Shown piece after piece: positions 14,701 to 30,300 of a stretch of DNA of 64,000 nt. The notes under the pieces are model-generated. The model was not told the DNA's origin. It saw nothing but the letters and a program-made list of their open reading frames with translations, and made no database searches. The stretch lies in assembly GCA_964057225.1 (NCBI GenBank), contig OZ059896.1, forward strand, positions 13,082,001 to 13,146,000, given 5' to 3'. Positions within the stretch are counted from its first letter, which is position 1; each line of letters opens with the position of its first letter. The stretch comes from Auanema rhodensis (lineage: Eukaryota > Animalia > Nematoda). Made by a program: the position numbers and the translations under genes.

Positions 14701-17700
14701 GTAAAGTTCAAAGTCATGGTTACCATGCACCAATATCAATAAAAATTCGTTCTTAGACTAATATGGACATGGGTAATCTATTTTTGAAAACCGCATCTCT
14801 TTATCTTTAACGGGAAGCGAGTTACATACCATGTGCACATCGCGTGTACAATTAATTAGCATAAATTAAAGTTCACGTAAAGTTCAAAGTCTTGGTTACC
14901 ATGAACCAATATCGATTAAAATTTGTTATTAGACTAATATGGACATGGGTAATCTAATTTTGAGAACTGCATCTATTTATCTTTCACGGGAAGCGAGTTA
15001 CATACCATGTGCACATCACGTGTACAATTAATTAGCATATATTAAAGTTCACGTAAATTTCAAAGTCATGGTTACCATGCACCAATGTGAATACAAATTT
15101 GTTATTAGACTAAAATGGACATGAGGAATCTAATTTTGAGAACCGCATCTCTTTATCTTTCACGTAAAGCGAGTTACATACCAAGTGCAAATCACGTGTA
15201 CAATTAATTAGCATAAATTAAAGTTCACGTAAATTTCAAAGTCATGGTTACCATGCACCAATATCAATAAAATTTTGTTCTTAGACTAATATGGACATGG
15301 GTAATCTAATTTTGAAAACCGCATTTCTTTATCTTTCACGGGAAGCGAGACATACCATGTGCACATCACGTGTACAATTAATTAGCATAAATTAAAGTTC
15401 ACGTAAATTTCAAAGTCATGGTTACCATGCACCAATATCAATAAAACTTTGTTCTCAGACTAATATGGACATGGGTAATCTAATTTTGAAAACCGCATCT
15501 CTTTATCTTTCACGGGAAGCGAGTCACATACCATGTGCACATCACGTGTACAATTAATTAGCATAAATTAAAGTTCACGTAAATTTCAAAGTCATGGTTA
15601 CCATGCACCAATATCGATAAAAATTTGTTCTTAGATTAATATGGACATGGGTAATCTAATTTTGAAAACCGCATTTCTTTATCTTTCACGGGAAGCGAGA
15701 CATACCATGTGCACATCACGTGTACAATTAATTAGCATAAATTAAAGTTCACGTAAATTTCAAAGTCATGGTTACCATGCACCAATATCAATAAAACTTT
15801 GTTCTCAGACTAATATGGACATGGGTAATCTAATTTTGAAAACCGCATCTCTTTATCTTTCACGGGAAGCGAGTCACATACCATGTGCACATCACGTGTA
15901 CAATTAATTAGCATAAATTAAAGTTCACGTAAATTTCAAAGTCATGGTTACCATGCACCAATATCGATAAAAATTTGTTCTTAGATTAATATGGACATGG
16001 GTAATCTAATTTTGAAAACCGCATTTCTTTGTCTTTCACGGGAAGCGAGTCACATACCATGTGCACATCACGTGTACAATTAATTAGCATAAATTAAAGT
16101 TCACGTAAAGTTCAAAGTCATGGTTACCATGCACCAATGTGAATACAAATTTGTTATTAGACTAAAATGGACATGGGGAATCTAATTTTGAGAACCGCAT
16201 TTCTTAATCTTTCACGTGAAGCGAGTTACATACCAAGTGCACATCACGTGTACATTTAATTAGCTTAATTAAAGTTCACGTAAACTTCAAAGTCATGGTT
16301 ACCAGGCACCAATATCAATAAAAATTTGTTCTCAGACTAATATGGACATGGGTAATCTAATTTTGAAAACCGCATTTCTTTGTCTTTCACGGGAAGCGAG
16401 TCACATACCATGTGCACATCACGTGTACAATTAATTAGCTTAATTAAAGTTCACGTAAAGTTCAAAGTCTTGGTTACCATGCACCAATATCAATAAAAAT
16501 TTGTACTTAGACTAATATGGACATGGGGAATCTAATTTTGAGAACCGCATTTCTTAATCTTTCACGTGAAGCGAGTTACATACCAAGTGCACATCACGTG
16601 TACATTTAATTAGCTTAATTAAAGTTCACGTAAACTTCAAAGTCATGGTTACCAGGCACCAATATCAATAAAAATTTGTTCTCAGACTAATATGGACATG
16701 GGTAATCTAATTTTGAGAACTGCATCTATTTATCTTTCACGGGAAGCGAGTTATATATCATGTGCACATCACGTGTACAATTAATTAGCTTAATTAAAGT
16801 TCACGTAAAGTTCAAAGTCTTGGTTACCATGCACCAATATCAATAAAAATTTGTACTTAGACTAATATGGACATGGGGAATCTAATTTTGGAAACCGCAT
16901 CTCTTTATCTTTCACGGGAAGCGAGTTATATATCATGTGCACATCACGTGTACAATTAATTAGCTTAATTAAAGTTCACGTAAACTTCAAAGTCATGGTT
17001 ACCAGGCACCAATATCAATAAAAATTTGTTCTCAGACTAATATGGACATGGGTAATCTAATTTTGAAAACCGCATCTCTTTATCTTTAACGAGAAGCGAG
17101 TCACATACCATGTGCACATCACGTGTACATTCAATTAGCATAAATTAAAGTTCACGTAAAGTTCAAAGTCATGGTTACCATGCACCAATATCAATAAAAC
17201 TTTGTTATTAGACTAAAATGGACATGAGGAATCTAATTTTGAGAACCGCATCTCTTTATCTTTCACGGGAAGCGAGTCACATACCATGTGCACATCACGT
17301 GTACAATTAATTAGCATAAATTAAAGTTCACGTAAAGTTCAAAGTCATGGTTACCATGCACCAATATCAATAAAATTTTGTTCTTAGACTAATATGGACA
17401 TGGGTAATCTAATTTTGAAAATCGCATTTCTTTATCTTTCACGGGAAGCGAGTTACATACCAAGTGCACATCACGTGTACAATTAATTAGCATAAATTAA
17501 AGTTCACGTAAAGTTCAAAGTCATGGTTACCATGCACCAATATCAATAAAAATTCGTTCTTAGACTAATATGGACATGGGTAATCTATTTTTGAAAACCG
17601 CATCTCTTTATCTTTAACGGGAAGCGAGTTACATACCATGTGCACATCGCGTGTACAATTAATTAGCATAAATTAAAGTTCACGTAAAGTTCAAAGTCTT

Positions 17701-18600
17701 GGTTACCATGAACCAATATCGATTAAAATTTGTTATTAGACTAATATGGACATGGGTAATCTAATTTTGAGAACTGCATCTATTTATCTTTCACGGGAAG
17801 CGAGTTACATACCATGTGCACATCACGTGTACAATTAATTAGCATATATTAAAGTTCACGTAAATTTCAAAGTCATGGTTACCATGCACCAATGTGAATA
17901 CAAATTTGTTATTAGACTAAAATGGACATGAGGAATCTAATTTTGAGAACCGCATCTCTTTATCTTTCACGTAAAGCGAGTTACATACCAAGTGCAAATC
18001 ACGTGTACAATTAATTAGCATAAATTAAAGTTCACGTAAATTTCAAAGTCATGGTTACCATGCACCAATATCAATAAAATTTTGTTCTTAGACTAATATG
18101 GACATGGGTAATCTAATTTTGAAAACCGCATTTCTTTATCTTTCACGGGAAGCGAGACATACCATGTGCACATCACGTGTACAATTAATTAGCATAAATT
18201 AAAGTTCACGTAAATTTCAAAGTCATGGTTACCATGCACCAATATCAATAAAACTTTGTTCTCAGACTAATATGGACATGGGTAATCTAATTTTGAAAAC
18301 CGCATCTCTTTATCTTTCACGGGAAGCGAGTCACATACCATGTGCACATCACGTGTACAATTAATTAGCATAAATTAAAGTTCACGTAAATTTCAAAGTC
18401 ATGGTTACCATGCACCAATATCGATAAAAATTTGTTCTTAGATTAATATGGACATGGGTAATCTAATTTTGAAAACCGCATTTCTTTGTCTTTCACGGGA
18501 AGCGAGTCACATACCATGTGCACATCACGTGTACAATTAATTAGCATAAATTAAAGTTCACGTAAAGTTCAAAGTCATGGTTACCATGCACCAATATCAA
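8800..18600 (+). repeat. Variable 14-17-monomer HOR block (~4 units; ends approximate)
   Basis: Diagnostic CACATCGCGTGT variant at 9404, 11861, 14842 and 17649 (spacings 2457, 2981, 2807 bp). AAAATTCGTT recurs with the same spacings. Confidence 0.8.
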
Positions 18601-20149
18601 TAAAAATTTGTTCTTAGACTAATATGGACATGGGTAATCTAATTTTGAAAACCGCATTCCTTTATCTTTCACGGGAAGCGAGTTACATACCATGTGCACA
18701 TCACGTGTACAATTAATTAGCATAAATTAAAGTTCACGTTAATTTCAAAGTCATGGTTACCATGCACCAATATCGATAAAAATTTGTTCTTAGATTAATA
18801 TGGACATGGGTAATCTAATTTTGAAAACCGCATTTCTTTATCTTTCACGGGAAGCGAGTCACATACCATGTGCACATCACGTGTACAATTAATTAGCATA
18901 AATTAAAGTTCACGTAAAGTTCAAAGTCATGGTTACCATGTATCAATAAAAATTTGTTATTAGACTAATATAGACATGAGGAATCTAACTTTGAAAATCG
19001 CATCTCTTTATCTTTAACGGGAAGCGAGTTACATACCATGTGCACATCACGTGTACAATTAATTAGCATAAATTAAAGTTCACGTAAATTTCAAAGTCAT
19101 GGTTACCATGCACCAATATCAATAAAACTTTGTTCTCAGACTAATATGGACATGGGTAATCTAATTTTGATAACCGCATCTCTTTATCTTTCACGGGAAG
19201 CGAGTCACATACCATGTGCACATCACGTGTACAATTAATTAGCATAAATTAAAGTTCACGTAAAGTTCAAAGTCATGGTTACCATGCACCAATATCAATA
19301 AAAATTTGTTCTTAGATTAATATGGACATGGGTAATCTAATTTTGAAAACCGCATTTCTTTGTCTTTCACGGGAAGCGAGTCACATACCATGTGCACATC
19401 ACGTGTACAATTAATTAGCATAAATTAAAGTTCACGTAAAGTTCAAAGTCATGGTTACCATGCACCAATATCGATAAGAATTTGTTCTTAGATTAATATG
19501 GACATGGGTAATCTAATTTTGAAAACCACATTTCTTTATCTTTCACGGGAAGCGAGTCACATACCATGTGCACATCACGTGTACAATTAATTAGCATAAA
19601 TTAAAGTTCACGTTAATTTCAAATTCATGGTTACCATGCACCAATATCGATAAAAATTTGTTCTTAGATTAATATGGACATGGATAATCTAATTTTGAAA
19701 ACCGCATTTCTTTATCTTTCACGGGAAGCGAGTTACATACCATGTGCACATCACGTGTACAATTAATTAGCAAAAATTAAAGTTCACGTAAATTTCAAAG
19801 TCATGGTTACCATGTATCAATAAAAATTTGTTATTAGACTAATATAGACATGAGGAATCTAATTTTGAAAACCGCATCTCTTTATCTTTAACGGGAAGCG
19901 AGTTACATACCATGTGCACATCACGTGTACAATTAATTAGCATAAATTAAAGTTCACGTTAATTTCAAAGTCATGGTTACCATGCACCAATATCGATAAA
20001 AAATTGTTCTTAGATTAATATGGACATGGGTAATCTAATTTTGAAAATCGCATCTCTTTATCTTTAACGGGAAGCGAGTTACATACCATGTGCACATCAC
20101 GTGTACAATTAACTAGCATAAATTAAAGTTCACGTTAATTTCAAAGTCA

Positions 20150-23100
20150 TGGTTACCATGCACCAATATCAATAAAATTTTGTTCTTAGACTAATATGGA
20201 CATGGGTAATCTAATTTTGAAAACCGCATTACTTTATCTTTCACGGGAAGCGAGTTACATACCATGTGCACATCACGTGTACAATTAATTACCATAAATT
20301 AAAGTTCACGTAAATTTCAAAGTCATGGTTACCATGCACCAATATCAATAAAACTTTGTTCTCAGACTAATATGGACATGGGTAATCTAATTTTGAAAAC
20401 CGCATATCTTTATCTTTCACGGGAAGCGAGTTACATACCATGTGCACATCACGTGTACAATTAATTAGCATAAATTAAAGTTCACGTAAATTTCAAAGTC
20501 ATGGTTACCATGCACCAATATCAATAAAACTTTGTTCTCAGACTAATATGGACATGGGTAATCTAATTTTGAGAACTGCATCTATTTATCTTTCACGGGA
20601 AGCGAGTTATATATCATGTGCACATCACGTGTACAATTAATTAGCTTAATTAAAGTTCACGTAAAGTTCAAAGTCTTGGTTACCATGCACCAATATCAAT
20701 AAAAATTTGTACTTAGACTAATATGGACATGGGGAATCTAATTTTGAAAACCGCATCTCTTTATCTTTCACGTGAAGCGAGTTACATACCATGTGCACAT
20801 CACGTGTACAATTAATTAGCATAAATTAAAGTTCACGTAAAGTTCAAAGTCATGGTTACCATGCACCAATATCAATAAAAATTTGTTCTTAGACTAATAT
20901 GGACATGGGTAATCTATTTTTGAAAACCGCATCTCTTTATCTTTAACGGGAAGCGAGTTACATACCATGTGCACATCACGTGTACAATTAATTCGCATAA
21001 ATTAAAGTTCACGTAAATTTCAAAGTCATGGTTACCATGCACCAATATCAATAAAACTTTGTTCTCAGACTAATATGGACATGGGTAATCTAATTTTGAG
21101 AACTGCATCTCTTTATCTTTCACGTAAAGCGAGTTACATACCAAGTGCAAATCACGTGTACAATTAATTAGCATAAATTAAAGTTCACGTAAATTTCAAA
21201 GTCATGGTTACCATGCACCAATATCAATAAAATTTTGTTCTTAGACTAATATGGACATGGGTAATCTAATTTTGAAAACCGCATTACTTTATCTTTCACG
21301 GGAAGCGAGTTACATACCATGTGCACATCACGTGTACAATTAATTACCATAAATTAAAGTTCACGTAAATTTCAAAGTCATGGTTACCATGCACCAATAT
21401 CAATAAAACTTTGTTCTCAGACTAATATGGACATGGGTAATCTAATTTTGAAAACCGCATATCTTTATCTTTCACGGGAAGCGAGTTACATACCATGTGC
21501 ACATCACGTGTACAATTAATTAGCATAAATTAAAGTTCACGTAAATTTCAAAGTCATGGTTACCATGCACCAATATCAATAAAACTTTGTTCTCAGACTA
21601 ATATGGACATGGGTAATCTAATTTTGAGAACTGCATCTATTTATCTTTCACGGGAAGCGAGTTATATATCATGTGCACATCACGTGTACAATTAATTAGC
21701 TTAATTAAAGTTCACGTAAAGTTCAAAGTCTTGGTTACCATGCACCAATATCAATAAAAATTTGTACTTAGACTAATATGGACATGGGGAATCTAATTTT
21801 GAAAACCGCATCTCTTTATCTTTCACGTGAAGCGAGTTACATACCATGTGCACATCACGTGTACAATTAATTAGCATAAATTAAAGTTCACGTAAAGTTC
21901 AAAGTCATGGTTACCATGCACCAATATCAATAAAAATTTGTTCTTAGACTAATATGGACATGGGTAATCTATTTTTGAAAACCGCATCTCTTTATCTTTA
22001 ACGGGAAGCGAGTTACATACCATGTGCACATCACGTGTACAATTAATTCGCATAAATTAAAGTTCACGTAAATTTCAAAGTCATGGTTACCATGCACCAA
22101 TATCAATAAAACTTTGTTCTCAGACTAATATGGACATGGGTAATCTAATTTTGAGAACTGCATCTCTTTATCTTTCACGTAAAGCGAGTTACATACCAAG
22201 TGCAAATCACGTGTACAATTAATTAGCATAAATTAAAGTTCACGTAAATTTCAAAGTCATGGTTACCATGCACCAATATGAATACAAATTTGTTATTAGA
22301 CTAATATGGACATGAGGAATCTAATTTTGAGAACCGCATCTCTTTTATCTTTAACGGGAAGCGAGTTACATACCATGTGCACATCACGTGTACAATTAAT
22401 TAGCATAAATTAAAGTTCACGTAAATTTCAAAGTCTTGGTTACCATGCACCAATATCAATAAAAATTTGTACTTAGACTAATATGGACATGGAGAATCTA
22501 ATTTTGAAAACCGCATCTCTTTATCTTTCACGTGAAGCGAGTTACATACCAAGTGCACATCACGTGTACATTTAATTAGCTTAATTAAAGTTCACGTAAA
22601 GTTCAAAGTCTTGGTTACCATGCACCAATAAGAATACAAATTTGTTCTTAGACTAATATGGACATGGGTAATCTATTTTTGAAAACCGCATCTCTTTATC
22701 TTTAACGGGAAGCGAGTTACATACCATGTGCACATCACGTGTACAATTAATTCGCATAAATTAAAGTTCACGTAAATTTCAAAGTCTTGGTTACCATGCA
22801 CCAATATCAATAAAAATTTGTACTTAGACTAATATGGACATGGGGAATCTAATTTTGAAAACCGCATCTCTTTATCTTTCACGTGAAGCGAGTTACATAC
22901 CAAGTGCACATCACGTGTACATTTAATTAGCTTAATTAAAGTTCACGTAAATTTCAAAGTCATGGTTACCATGCACCAATATGAATACAAATTTGTTCTT
23001 AGACTAATATGGACATGGGTAATCTATTTTTGAAAACCGCATCTCTTTATCTTTCACGTGAAGCGAGTTACATACCAAGTGCACATCACGTGTACATTTA

Positions 23101-25200
23101 ATTAGCTTAATTAAAGTTCACGTAAAGTTCAAAGTCTTGGTTACCATGCACCAATATCAATAAAAATTTGTACTTAGACTAATATGGACATGGGGAATCT
23201 AATTTTGAAAACCTCATCTCTTTATCTTTAACGGGAAGCGAGTTATATATCATGTGCACATCACGTGTACAATTAATTCGCATAAATTAAAGTTCACGTA
23301 AATTTCAAAGTCATGGTTACCATGCACCAATATGAATACAAATTTGTTATTAGACTAATATGGACATGAGGAATCTAATTTTGAGAACCGCATCTCTTTT
23401 ATCTTTAACGGGAAGCGAGTTACATACCATGTGCACATCACGTGTACAATTAATTAGCATAAATTAAAGTTCACGTAAAGTTCAAAGTCATGGTTACCAT
23501 GCACCAATATCAATAAAAATTTGTTCTTAGACTAATATGGACATGGGTAATCTATTTTTGAAAACCGCATCTCTTTATCTTTAACGGGAAGCGAGTTACA
23601 TACCATGTGCACATCACGTGTACAATTAATTCGCATAAATTAAAGTTCACGTAAATTTCAAAGTCATGGTTACCATGCACCAATATCAATAAAACTTTGT
23701 TCTCAGACTAATATGGACATGGGTAATCTAATTTTGAGAACTGCATCTCTTTATCTTTCACGTAAAGCGAGTTACATACCAAGTGCAAATCACGTGTACA
23801 ATTAATTAGCATAAATTAAAGTTCACGTAAATTTCAAAGTCATGGTTACCATGCACCAATATGAATACAAATTTGTTATTAGACTAATATGGACATGAGG
23901 AATCTAATTTTGAGAACCGCATCTCTTTTATCTTTAACGGGAAGCGAGTTACATACCATGTGCACATCACGTGTACAATTAATTAGCATAAATTAAAGTT
24001 CACGTAAATTTCAAAGTCTTGGTTACCATGCACCAATATCAATAAAAATTTGTACTTAGACTAATATGGACATGGAGAATCTAATTTTGAAAACCGCATC
24101 TCTTTATCTTTCACGTGAAGCGAGTTACATACCAAGTGCACATCACGTGTACATTTAATTAGCTTAATTAAAGTTCACGTAAAGTTCAAAGTCTTGGTTA
24201 CCATGCACCAATATGAATACAAATTTGTTCTTAGACTAATATGGACATGGGTAATCTATTTTTGAAAACCGCATCTCTTTATCTTTAACGGGAAGCGAGT
24301 TACATACCATGTGCACATCACGTGTACAATTAATTCGCATAAATTAAAGTTCACGTAAATTTCAAAGTCTTGGTTACCATGCACCAATATCAATAAAAAT
24401 TTGTACTTAGACTAATATGGACATGGGGAATCTAATTTTGAAAACCGCATCTCTTTATCTTTCACGTGAAGCGAGTTACATACCAAGTGCACATCACGTG
24501 TACATTTAATTAGCTTAATTAAAGTTCACGTAAATTTCAAAGTCATGGTTACCATGCACCAATATGAATACAAATTTGTTCTTAGACTAATATGGACATG
24601 GGTAATCTATTTTTGAAAACCGCATCTCTTTATCTTTCACGTGAAGCGAGTTACATACCAAGTGCACATCACGTGTACATTTAATTAGCTTAATTAAAGT
24701 TCACGTAAAGTTCAAAGTCTTGGTTACCATGCACCAATATCAATAAAAATTTGTACTTAGACTAATATGGACATGGGGAATCTAATTTTGAAAACCTCAT
24801 CTCTTTATCTTTAACGGGAAGCGAGTTATATATCATGTGCACATCACGTGTACAATTAATTCGCATAAATTAAAGTTCACGTAAATTTCAAAGTCATGGT
24901 TACCATGCACCAATATGAATACAAATTTGTTATTAGACTAATATGGACATGAGGAATCTAATTTTGAGAACCGCATCTCTTTTATCTTTAACGGGAAGCG
25001 AGTTACATACCATGTGCACATCACGTGTACAATTAATTAGCATAAATTAAAGTTCACGTAAAGTTCAAAGTCATGGTTACCATGCACCAATATCAATAAA
25101 AATTTGTTCTTAGACTAATATGGACATGGGTAATCTATTTTTGAAAACCGCATCTCTTTATCTTTAACGGGAAGCGAGTTACATACCATGTGCACATCAC
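20150..25200 (+). repeat. 6-mer and 9-mer tandem duplications (ends approximate)
   Basis: GCATTACTTT variant at 20231 and 21286 (1055 bp). GGAGAATCT at 22491/24074 and ACCTCATC at 23211/24794 (1583 bp). Confidence 0.8.
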
Positions 25201-27399
25201 GTGTACAATTAATTCGCATAAATTAAAGTTCACGTAAAGTTCAAAGTCATGGTTACCATGCACCAATATCAATAAAACTTTGTTCTCAGACTAATATGGA
25301 CATGGGTAATCTAATTTTGAGAACTGCATCTCTTTATCTTTCACGTAAAGCGAGTTACATACCAAGTGCAAATCACGTGTACAATTAATTAGCATAAATT
25401 AAAGTTCACGTAAATTTCAAAGTCATGGTTACCATGCACCAATATGAATACAAATTTGTTATTAGACTAATATGGACATGAGGAATCTAATTTTGAGAAC
25501 CGCATCTCTTTTATCTTTAACGGGAAGCGAGTTACATACCATGTGCACATCACGTGTACAATTAATTAGCATAAATTAAAGTTCACGTAAAGTTCAAAGT
25601 CATGGTTACCATGAACCAATATCGATTAAAATTTGTTATTAGACTAATATGGACATGAGGAATCTAATTTTGAGAACCGCATCTCTTTTATCTTTAACGG
25701 GAAGCGAGTTACATACCATGTGCACATCACGTGTACAATTAATTAGCATAAATTAAAGTTCACGTAAAGTTCAAAGTCATGGTTACCATGCACCAATATC
25801 AATAAAACTTTGTTCTCAGACTAATATGGACATGGGTAATCTAATTTTGAGAACTGCATCTCTTTATCTTTCACGTAAAGCGAGTTACATACCAAGTGCA
25901 AATCACGTGTACAATTAATTAGCATAAATTAAAGTTCACGTAAATTTCAAAGTCATGGTTACCATGCACCAATATGAATACAAATTTGTTATTAGACTAA
26001 TATGGACATGAGGAATCTAATTTTGAGAACCGCATCTCTTTTATCTTTCACGTAAAGCGAGTTACATACCAAGTGCAAATCACGTGTACAATTAATTAGC
26101 ATAAATTAAAGTTCACGTAAATTTCAAAGTCATGGTTACCATGCACCAATATGAATACAAATTTGTTATTAGACTAATATGGACATGAGGAATCTAATTT
26201 TGAGAACCGCATCTCTTTTATCTTTAACGGGAAGCGAGTTACATACCATGTGCACATCACGTGTACAATTAATTAGCATAAATTAAAGTTCACGTAAAGT
26301 TCAAAGTCATGGTTACCATGAACCAATATCGATTAAAATTTGTTATTAGACTAATATGGACATGGGTAATCTAATTTTGAGAACTGCATCTATTTATCTT
26401 TCACGGGAAGCGAGTTACATACCATGTGCACATCACGTGTACAATTAATTAGCATATATTAAAGTTCACGTAAATTTCAAAGTCATGGTTACCATGCACC
26501 AATGTGAATACAAATTTGTTATTAGACTAAAATGGACATGAGGAATCTAATTTTGAAAACCGCATCTCTTTATCTTTCACGGGAAGCGAGTCACATACCA
26601 TGTGCACATCACGTGTACAATTAATTAGCATAAATTAAAGTTCACGTAAATTTCAAAGTCATGGTTACCATGCACCAATATCAATAAAAATTTGTTCTTA
26701 GATTAATATGGACATGGGTAATCTAATTTTGAAAACCGCATTTCTTTGTCTTTCACGGGAAGCGAGTCACATACCATGTGCACATCACGTGTACAATTAA
26801 TTAGCATAAATTAAAGTTCACGTAAAGTTCAAAGTCATGGTTACCATGCACCAATATCAATAAAAATTTGTTCTTAGACTAATATGGACATGGGTAATCT
26901 AATTTTGAAAACCGCATTTCTTTATCTTTCACGGGAAGCGAGTTACATACCATGTGCACATCACGTGTACAATTAATTAGCATAAATTAAAGTTCACGTT
27001 AATTTCAAAGTCATGGTTACCATGCACCAATATCGATAAAAATTTGTTCTTAGATTAATATGGACATGGGTAATCTAATTTTGAAAACCGCATTTCTTTA
27101 TCTTTCACGGGAAGCGAGTCACATACCATGTGCACATCACGTGTACAATTAATTAGCATAAATTAAAGTTCACGTAAAGTTCAAAGTCATGGTTACCATG
27201 TATCAATAAAAATTTGTTATTAGACTAATATAGACATGAGGAATCTAACTTTGAAAATCGCATCTCTTTATCTTTAACGGGAAGCGAGTTACATACCATG
27301 TGCACATCACGTGTACAATTAATTAGCATAAATTAAAGTTCACGTAAATTTCAAAGTCATGGTTACCATGCACCAATATCAATAAAACTTTGTTCTCAG

Positions 27400-30300
27400 A
27401 CTAATATGGACATGGGTAATCTAATTTTGATAACCGCATCTCTTTATCTTTCACGGGAAGCGAGTCACATACCATGTGCACATCACGTGTACAATTAATT
27501 AGCATAAATTAAAGTTCACGTAAAGTTCAAAGTCATGGTTACCATGCACCAATATCAATAAAAATTTGTTCTTAGATTAATATGGACATGGGTAATCTAA
27601 TTTTGAAAACCGCATTTCTTTGTCTTTCACGGGAAGCGAGTCACATACCATGTGCACATCACGTGTACAATTAATTAGCATAAATTAAAGTTCACGTAAA
27701 GTTCAAAGTCATGGTTACCATGCACCAATATCGATAAAAATTTGTTCTTAGATTAATATCGACATGGGTAATCTAATTTTGAAAACCACATTTCTTTATC
27801 TTTCACGGGAAGCGAGTCACATACCATGTGCACATCACGTGTACAATTAATTAGCATAAATTAAAGTTCACGTTAATTTCAAAGTCATGGTTACCATGCA
27901 CCAATATCGATAAAAATTTGTTCTTAGATTAATATGGACATGGGTAATCTAATTTTGAAAACCGCATTTCTTTATCTTTCACGGGAAGCGAGTTACATAC
28001 CATGTGCACATCACGTGTACAATTAATTAGCAAAAATTAAAGTTCACGTAAATTTCAAAGTCATGGTTACCATGTATCAATAAAAATTTGTTATTAGACT
28101 AATATAGACATGAGGAATCTAATTTTGAAAATCGCATCTCTTTATCTTTAACGGGAAGCGAGTTACATACCATGTGCACATCACGTGTACAATTAATTAG
28201 CATAAATTAAAGTTCACGTTAATTTCAAAGTCATGGTTACCATGCACCAATATCGATAAAAATTTGTACTTAGACTAATATGGACATGGGGAATCTAATT
28301 TTGATAACCGCATCTCTTTATCTTTCACGGGAAGCGAGTCACATACCATGTGCACATCACGTGTACAATTAATTAGCATAAATTAAAGTTCACGTAAAGT
28401 TCAAAGTCATGGTTACCATGCACCAATATCAATAAAAATTTGTTCTTAGATTAATATGGACATGGGTAATCTAATTTTGAAAACCGCATTTCTTTGTCTT
28501 TCACGGGAAGCGAGTCACATACCATGTGCACATCACGTGTACAATTAATTAGCATAAATTAAAGTTCACGTAAAGTTCAAAGTCATGGTTACCATGCACC
28601 AATATCGATAAAAATTTGTTCTTAGATTAATATGGACATGGGTAATCTAATTTTGAAAACCACATTTCTTTATCTTTCACGGGAAGCGAGTCACATACCA
28701 TGTGCACATCACGTGTACAATTAATTAGCATAAATTAAAGTTCACGTTAATTTCAAAGTCATGGTTACCATGCACCAATATCGATAAAAATTTGTTCTTA
28801 GATTAATATGGACATGGGTAATCTAATTTTGAAAACCGCATTTCTTTATCTTTCACGGGAAGCGAGTTACATACCATGTGCACATCACGTGTACAATTAA
28901 TTAGCAAAAATTAAAGTTCACGTAAATTTCAAAGTCATGGTTACCATGTATCAATAAAAATTTGTTATTAGACTAATATAGACATGAGGAATCTAATTTT
29001 GAAAATCGCATCTCTTTATCTTTAACGGGAAGCGAGTTACATACCATGTGCACATCACGTGTACAATTAATTAGCATAAATTAAAGTTCACGTTAATTTC
29101 AAAGTCATGGTTACCATGCACCAATATCGATAAAAATTTGTACTTAGACTAATATGGACATGGGGAATCTAATTTTGAAAACCGCATCTCTTTATCTTTA
29201 ACGGGAAGCGAGTTATATATCATGTGCACATCACGTGTACAATTAATTCGCATAAATTAAAGTTCACGTAAATTTCAAAGTCATGGTTACCATGCACCAA
29301 TATGAATACAAATTTGTTATTAGACTAATATGGACATGAGGAATCTAATTTTGAGAACCGCATCTCTTTTATTTTTAACGGGAAGCGAGTTACATACCAT
29401 GTGCACATCACGTGTCAAATTAATTAGCATAAATTAAAGTTCACGTAAATTTCAAAGTCATGGTTACCATGCACCAATATCAATAAAAATTTGTTCTTAG
29501 ACTAATATGGACATGGGTAATCTATTTTTGAAAACCGCATCTCTTTATCTTTAACGGGAAGCGAGTTACATACCATGTGCACATCACGTGTACAATTAAT
29601 TCGCATAAATTAAAGTTCACGTAAATTTCAAAGTCATGGTTACCATGCACCAATATCAATAAAACTTTGTTCTCAGACTAATATGGACATGGGTAATCTA
29701 ATTTTGAGAACTGCATCTCTTTATCTTTCACGTAAAGCGAGTTACATACCAAGTGCAAATCACGTGTACAATTAATTAGCATAAATTAAAGTTCACGTAA
29801 ATTTCAAAGTCATGGTTACCATGCACCAATATGAATACAAATTTGTTATTAGACTAATATGGACATGAGGAATCTAATTTTGAGAACCGCATCTCTTTTA
29901 TCTTTAACGGGAAGCGAGTTACATACCATGTGCACATCACGTGTACAATTAATTAGCATAAATTAAAGTTCACGTAAAGTTCAAAGTCATGGTTACCATG
30001 AACCAATATCGATTAAAATTTGTTATTAGACTAATATGGACATGGGTAATCTAATTTTGAGAACTGCATCTATTTATCTTTCACGGGAAGCGAGTTACAT
30101 ACCATGTGCACATCACGTGTACAATTAATAAGCATATATTAAAGTTCACGTAAATTTCAAAGTCATGGTTACCATGCACCAATGTGAATACAAATTTGTT
30201 ATTAGACTAAAATGGACATGAGGAATCTAATTTTGAGAACCGCATCTCTTTATCTTTCACGTAAAGCAAGTTACATACCAAGTGCAAATCACGTGTACAA

